This document shows positions 15,417-20,000 of a stretch of 20,000 nucleotides of DNA, in pieces. Positions within the stretch are counted from its first letter, which is position 1. Each line of letters begins with the position of its first letter. Both the position numbers and the translations under genes were made by a program. The stretch is from an uncultured virus (IMG/VR IMGVR_UViG_3300020048_000037) (Duplodnaviria > Heunggongvirae > Uroviricota > Caudoviricetes), in the IMG/VR virus record IMGVR_UViG_3300020048_000037, one strand, 5' to 3'. The notes under the pieces were generated by a model, which did not search any database, was not told the origin of the DNA, and saw nothing but the letters and a program-made list of their open reading frames with translations.

Positions 15417-15531
15417 ATAATTCTTTTGTTTTTTGAACTTTATGTTATATAGTTAATTATTTGAGTTCATTTATAATTAGTATATATAAAAAATATAAAA
15501 ACAAATTAATTTTTTTACACTAAATAAAAAC

Positions 15532-15816
15532 ATGGTATATGATGAACGAGAAACAGATTATGTTAAACACATAAAGAATAGAACTGCATTAGGTAAATTA
15601 TACGATCAATGTGTGTCACATGGACTTAATTGTAGTGGAGAAGGATGGATGGAGTGGACAAAATTAGCTGATGAATTTGTAAGTATTTTATATGACTTAG
15701 AACATGGACGTAAAATAAATTTAGACATTCTAATAAAATCATATGATACTAAGTTACCAAACAAAATAATTGTAGTACAAAGATTAATAAAATTGATGAA
15801 AATGACAAATGAGTAA
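15532..15816 (+). CDS. Hypothetical protein (94 aa)
   Basis: ORF track; ends VQRLIKLMKMTNE. Confidence 0.75.
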   Translation: MVYDERETDYVKHIKNRTALGKLYDQCVSHGLNCSGEGWMEWTKLADEFVSILYDLEHGRKINLDILIKSYDTKLPNKIIVVQRLIKLMKMTNE

Positions 15817-16573
15817 AAAAACGATTAAAGGTAAAAATTATGAATTTACTCCTGAATGGAGTGGATTTGATATAAATTATGAAGTTGCTGGTTATTTTGA
15901 TCCTAGACCAGTTCTTCAAATATATTTTATTTGGGGTAAATTATTTATTAAGTTACCTTGGAGACATTATAAAAAAATTGAACTAGAAAAGGATATTAAA
16001 GATATCAGGAAAGAAAAATTATCTACATTATGTAATAAAAAAATAAAAATTAAAAAGAAATATAAAAAAGAACTTTATGATCAATGTCAAACACCAAGAT
16101 ATGGTGTAGGAATTTACGATAAAATGTTAACATTTCGTTGGGGTTATAATTCTAAATCATTTCGTTTTCCATGGTATTATATATGGACAAGAACAAGTGT
16201 ACTTTGTATAGATGAAGTTACTTGGTATAATGAAACAATAAAAACTGGACATATGGAATTTTATGACACTAAAAAATGGGAGGGAAAATTATTTAGTGAA
16301 ACACATCCTTTTAAATATACAACAAAATACGGTGAAGAACAAAATTGTTTAGCAACAATAACTGTAGAAGAAAGAGAATGGAGATGGGTATGGTTCACTT
16401 GGTTGAAATATACTAGAAAAATAAGGAAAGACATAGAAGTAAAATTTAGTGATGATATAGGTGAGCGTAAAGGCTCATGGAAAGGTGGTACAACTGGATG
16501 CGGATACACAATGAGAAAAGGAGAAACTCCATATGACACATTAAAAAGAATGGAAAGAGAAAGAAAATTTTAA
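15809..16573 (+). CDS. Hypothetical Trp-rich phage protein (254 aa)
   Basis: ORF track; GERKGSWKGGTTGCG motif; basic insertion containing DIRKEKLSTL. Confidence 0.8.
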   Translation: MSKKTIKGKNYEFTPEWSGFDINYEVAGYFDPRPVLQIYFIWGKLFIKLPWRHYKKIELEKDIKDIRKEKLSTLCNKKIKIKKKYKKELYDQCQTPRYGVGIYDKMLTFRWGYNSKSFRFPWYYIWTRTSVLCIDEVTWYNETIKTGHMEFYDTKKWEGKLFSETHPFKYTTKYGEEQNCLATITVEEREWRWVWFTWLKYTRKIRKDIEVKFSDDIGERKGSWKGGTTGCGYTMRKGETPYDTLKRMERERKF

Positions 16574-16575
16574 AA

Positions 16576-16812
16576 TTATTTTCTATCAATAAATTTAATA
16601 ATACCAACATTTTCAACTAATTTTAATTTTTCTTCTTTAGTCATATTATTCCATTCTGTTTGACTTATTAAATCATATTTTTTACAATATTGAACATTAG
16701 GATTTTTACACATTTTTATTTCTTCTGAGTGCTCACCATATTTACCAAGATATGATAAATATATTGGACAATATTCTGATTGTTCACACTCAATATTATT
16801 AGGTAAATTCAT
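16576..16812 (-). CDS. Small Cys-containing hypothetical protein (78 aa)
   Basis: Four Cys (CEQSEYC, CKNPNVQYC); preceded by TTTTATATATA. Confidence 0.65.
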   Translation of the reverse strand: MNLPNNIECEQSEYCPIYLSYLGKYGEHSEEIKMCKNPNVQYCKKYDLISQTEWNNMTKEEKLKLVENVGIIKFIDRK

Positions 16813-16835
16813 AATAATTTTTATTATTATATATA

Positions 16836-16867
16836 AAAAAAGAGAATAATTAATTATTCTCTTTTTT
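16836..16867. terminator. Palindromic terminator downstream of the helicase
   Basis: AAAAAAGAGAATAATT|AATTATTCTCTTTTTT. Confidence 0.8.
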
Positions 16868-16881
16868 ATTTAAAAAACAAG

Positions 16882-18804
16882 TTAAAACAATTGTTCTAGT
16901 AAATAAATGAATTTTTTACCATTTTTAGTTTTAATATCATCAATTGTTATCTTTGATGAAATCAAATTACAATAATAATTTAATATTTTTTTGATATCAC
17001 CAAAATTGTTACAATGTTTTTTAATATTAGTATGAACAACATAATTTTCAACATAACCTTTGATATATTCTATATTTAACTTTGAGTTCTTAGATAAAAC
17101 CAAATTCTTATCTTTATCCAAATGTATTCTTATTATATTTTTATTAAATAATACATACCCTTTAAAGTATATATTATATACAATTTCTTTTGGAAATTTA
17201 TTTAAACAATCTGAATTATTATATTCACTATATGATGAATGAGTTTTTTCTGTATTTAAAAAATAATAATCCTTATCTTTTTTAATATTTTTAGATATTG
17301 GCACCTTTTTTTTATTATTCATATAATTCAGATGTGATTTCACATTGTTTATATCTGTATAGATTATAAACTTATATTTATGATATCCACAAGCTCTACC
17401 AATAAAGCTTTGAACAATAAAATTAGTTCTATTCAAATCATAATTTGAAGTTCTATCAAATAACATTACAATATTTGATTTATCTAATTGATATGATTGC
17501 TTCATTTTTTCTTTAATAAACACTATTGTTGGTACTTCTGGTGTTATACATAGAATATCATTAAGAACTTCTTTATCTTTTTCATAATATGTCAAACTAG
17601 AAAAACCATCAGGTATTAGATTATTTGTGTTTGTATTTCTACTTATCCTAATAATATAATATCCAATTTTATTATTGAATTTATGTAATTCATTTTTAAA
17701 TCTTTCAGAACCTTCTTCTGTAGTTAAATTAAAAGATTGTCTTAATAAATTATTAACAAAAAAATATTTTAATCCTTTATAATCAGGTCCATGAGTCAAT
17801 TCAATAGTATTCTTTGTTTTATATATCATATTACCAACCTGTTCTTCATATGGAGTAGCTGAAACTGTAAATATATAAATATTTTTTCTTGATAAATTAG
17901 TCACACCATTTAAATTTATTCCATTGTGCTGCAAAAAACTATTCATTGCACTATTAATATTTGTGGCTAAATGTGATTCATCAATAAAAATTATACAATT
18001 TTTTAAATTCAAATTTTTATTTTTTTGTATACAAGAAATTAAATCTGGATTGTGTAATATACCATCTCTCATCAATAATTTTTTATTGTCTTGTCTACTT
18101 TCACCATGAGCAATATCAATCTTCAATTGATATTTATTTGCATTATCACTCATTGATGTTATTAGTAAACTAGAACCAAAATCTAAACCTAAAAATTCTC
18201 TTAATTTATCATTTGTTTCAAGTAAAAAAATTACATTACGCATAACACCTGTTTTACCAGATTGAGGATCAGCAGTCAACATATTAAATCTACTATATGT
18301 TGTATTACCTACTGATAATAACATATTATGAATACAAGTTAATGATGCATATATTTGATCCTTAAACACGTGAGCTTTATCAAGTGTGTTTTTAGTCCTA
18401 TTTAATTTCTTCAATTTAACACCAGTAATAATATATATCTTATCTATCAATTGATTAATACGAATATTTATATCATTTGGTGATATTGTTGTACATGTAG
18501 TAGTTGTTCTAATATTACTAATATTAGATTTTATGATGTCATGTTTTTTATCTTTAACTACATGTTTTAATAAATCAATATCAGATTGAGTACATTTACC
18601 ACTACTTATTCTATTTTTTAATACTTCTTCTACAGTAATAATATAAGATGAACGATTATAATTCCATTTCTTACTGTATAATATATTTACTAATTGAATA
18701 TTACTATAACGGCTAAAATCATATATTCTATTATATTTTTTACCTTCTTTAGTAAAAACTCCATTAATTTTACCTTTTTGAGATTTGATAATATTGTTTG
18801 TCAT
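16882..18804 (-). CDS. Superfamily 2 (DExH) helicase/ATPase
   Basis: Walker A ADPQSGKTG, Walker B IIFIDESH, motif III VSATP, motif VI QSFIGRACGY. Confidence 0.85.
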   Translation of the reverse strand: MTNNIIKSQKGKINGVFTKEGKKYNRIYDFSRYSNIQLVNILYSKKWNYNRSSYIITVEEVLKNRISSGKCTQSDIDLLKHVVKDKKHDIIKSNISNIRTTTTCTTISPNDINIRINQLIDKIYIITGVKLKKLNRTKNTLDKAHVFKDQIYASLTCIHNMLLSVGNTTYSRFNMLTADPQSGKTGVMRNVIFLLETNDKLREFLGLDFGSSLLITSMSDNANKYQLKIDIAHGESRQDNKKLLMRDGILHNPDLISCIQKNKNLNLKNCIIFIDESHLATNINSAMNSFLQHNGINLNGVTNLSRKNIYIFTVSATPYEEQVGNMIYKTKNTIELTHGPDYKGLKYFFVNNLLRQSFNLTTEEGSERFKNELHKFNNKIGYYIIRISRNTNTNNLIPDGFSSLTYYEKDKEVLNDILCITPEVPTIVFIKEKMKQSYQLDKSNIVMLFDRTSNYDLNRTNFIVQSFIGRACGYHKYKFIIYTDINNVKSHLNYMNNKKKVPISKNIKKDKDYYFLNTEKTHSSYSEYNNSDCLNKFPKEIVYNIYFKGYVLFNKNIIRIHLDKDKNLVLSKNSKLNIEYIKGYVENYVVHTNIKKHCNNFGDIKKILNYYCNLISSKITIDDIKTKNGKKFIYLLEQLF

Positions 18805-18821
18805 ATTTTAATTTTTTAAAA

Positions 18822-19229
18822 TCATAAATATTTATAAGCATAAATAACAACTATTACTATAAATATTAAAGAACAGAAACAAAAAAATATATTAAATATA
18901 TTATCAGAATTTTCATCTTTTATTTTAGAAATTTCTTGTTTACTAAAATAAAACCCAACAGTCTCACCAGATTTTTTATATTTTCCTGCAGAATAAAATG
19001 TTTCAGGCCTTAAATTTATACTAGTATTTTTATTAATTTCAATGATATTAACAACAGCAATATATTTAGCTGAAACTTTATATCCAGCGGCGTCATGATA
19101 AGTTTCTAGTACTTTACAATTATATAATTTTTCTGAACTTGAGTTATATACTGCATATAAAGTAAGTCCAAATAAAAATGAAGCAGACATCACAAGTATT
19201 ATTAATAATGTTTTTTTCATATTTATCAT
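18822..19229 (-). CDS. Membrane protein with N- and C-terminal TM helices
   Basis: Hydrophobic termini around a soluble domain. Confidence 0.75.
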   Translation of the reverse strand: MINMKKTLLIILVMSASFLFGLTLYAVYNSSSEKLYNCKVLETYHDAAGYKVSAKYIAVVNIIEINKNTSINLRPETFYSAGKYKKSGETVGFYFSKQEISKIKDENSDNIFNIFFCFCSLIFIVIVVIYAYKYL

Positions 19230-19537
19230 TTTAAATTTTTTAAATTATCTTTATATGGTCTATTTAATTCATCAACAATATCTTTATCAAGATAAGTTTC
19301 AAGTTTTAATGGTTTAAAACTATTTACCATATCATTATATGATGGTAGACTATGATAAATTAAATATGCATTATTAATTTTTTTATCTGGAATATCGGAC
19401 ACATTGTAATCATAGCATATATCTATTACATTATTTCTAAATGAAGATACTTGCATATTTCTGGATAGTGAATAAACACACAATGAAAATAAACCTAAAA
19501 GTAAGACTATTATTATTTTATTAAAAATTATTTTCAT
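19226..19537 (-). CDS. Hypothetical protein with N-terminal TM/signal segment
   Basis: ORF track; 4-nt overlap with the next gene. Confidence 0.75.
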   Translation of the reverse strand: MKIIFNKIIIVLLLGLFSLCVYSLSRNMQVSSFRNNVIDICYDYNVSDIPDKKINNAYLIYHSLPSYNDMVNSFKPLKLETYLDKDIVDELNRPYKDNLKNLK

Positions 19538-19572
19538 ATAATTATTTTTAAATTGTTTTTTATTAATTGTTT

Positions 19573-19752
19573 TTATAATTCATTTACGATTGTACCTAAA
19601 ATTGGATATATATGAACGTTATTATTTGTATCTTTAAACTCATGATATCCCATACTGTAAGAATTAAAATCTACAATATTTTCAACTATATAATCTTGAA
19701 AATATGAAGATGTACCAGACTGTAATATAATTGTTATTCTAAATTTTCTCAT
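19573..19752 (-). CDS. Small hypothetical protein (59 aa)
   Basis: MRKFRITIILQSGTSSYFQDYIVENIVDFNSYSMGYHEFKDTNNNVHIYPILGTIVNEL*; fills the gap in the operon; just below the track cutoff. Confidence 0.65.
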   Translation of the reverse strand: MRKFRITIILQSGTSSYFQDYIVENIVDFNSYSMGYHEFKDTNNNVHIYPILGTIVNEL

Positions 19753-19764
19753 ATAATTTAAATA

Positions 19765-19902
19765 TTATGATAAAGGAAAAAAGTAAATCAACAAAAAAAT
19801 AAAAGCTCCTATTAATATACCACCTATCCACAAGCCATGTTTCAATCCTTCTGAATATTTTGAGTCCAAAAGTTCTTTTAATTTTTCTTTTTCTATATTC
19901 AT
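19765..19902 (-). CDS. Small single-TM protein (start revised to ATG 19902, MNIEKEKL...)
   Basis: C-terminal GLWIGGILIGAFIFLLIYFF; the ATG has an A-rich upstream region. Confidence 0.6.
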   Translation of the reverse strand: MNIEKEKLKELLDSKYSEGLKHGLWIGGILIGAFIFLLIYFFPLS

Positions 19903-20000
19903 ATTTTTTACGTTTTTATAACAACAAATATAAGCAATTATTTTCACAATTTCAAATAAATATTGTATGTTAATAATTAATTTTTATATTTCAATTTAAT

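Overview
Very AT-rich, gene-dense window that reads as part of a large (jumbo-type) bacteriophage genome. The host is probably Bacteroidota, based on three TAnnTTTG promoters, and the standard genetic code fits. Most ORFs are short hypotheticals. Recognisable products are a poly(A) polymerase/CCA-type nucleotidyltransferase, an FkbM methyltransferase, a repeat-rich PD-(D/E)xK homing-type endonuclease next to two unannotated ribbon-helix-helix genes, an Rnl2-like protein lacking the catalytic lysine, and an SF2 helicase. The main discovery is at 8468-8965 (minus strand). A 17-aa leader peptide with five consecutive Gln codons (MNKNISNMTQQQQQTFV) is followed by mutually exclusive antiterminator/terminator hairpins, then four structurally diverse tRNAs that all carry Gln anticodons (TTG, TTG, CTG, TTG), one built on a tRNA-Leu-type class II scaffold. 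This looks like a ribosome-mediated attenuator that turns on back-up tRNA-Gln genes when Gln decoding fails. Other notable items: a family of otherwise unrelated proteins sharing an N-terminal capsid-targeting-like motif and a C-terminal KFN[LIV] tag, a promoter-to-terminator unit encoding only two 10-aa CxSPP peptides, and a recurrent RxxK[LI]xx[LI] motif. All calls are by eye; no database searches were run.
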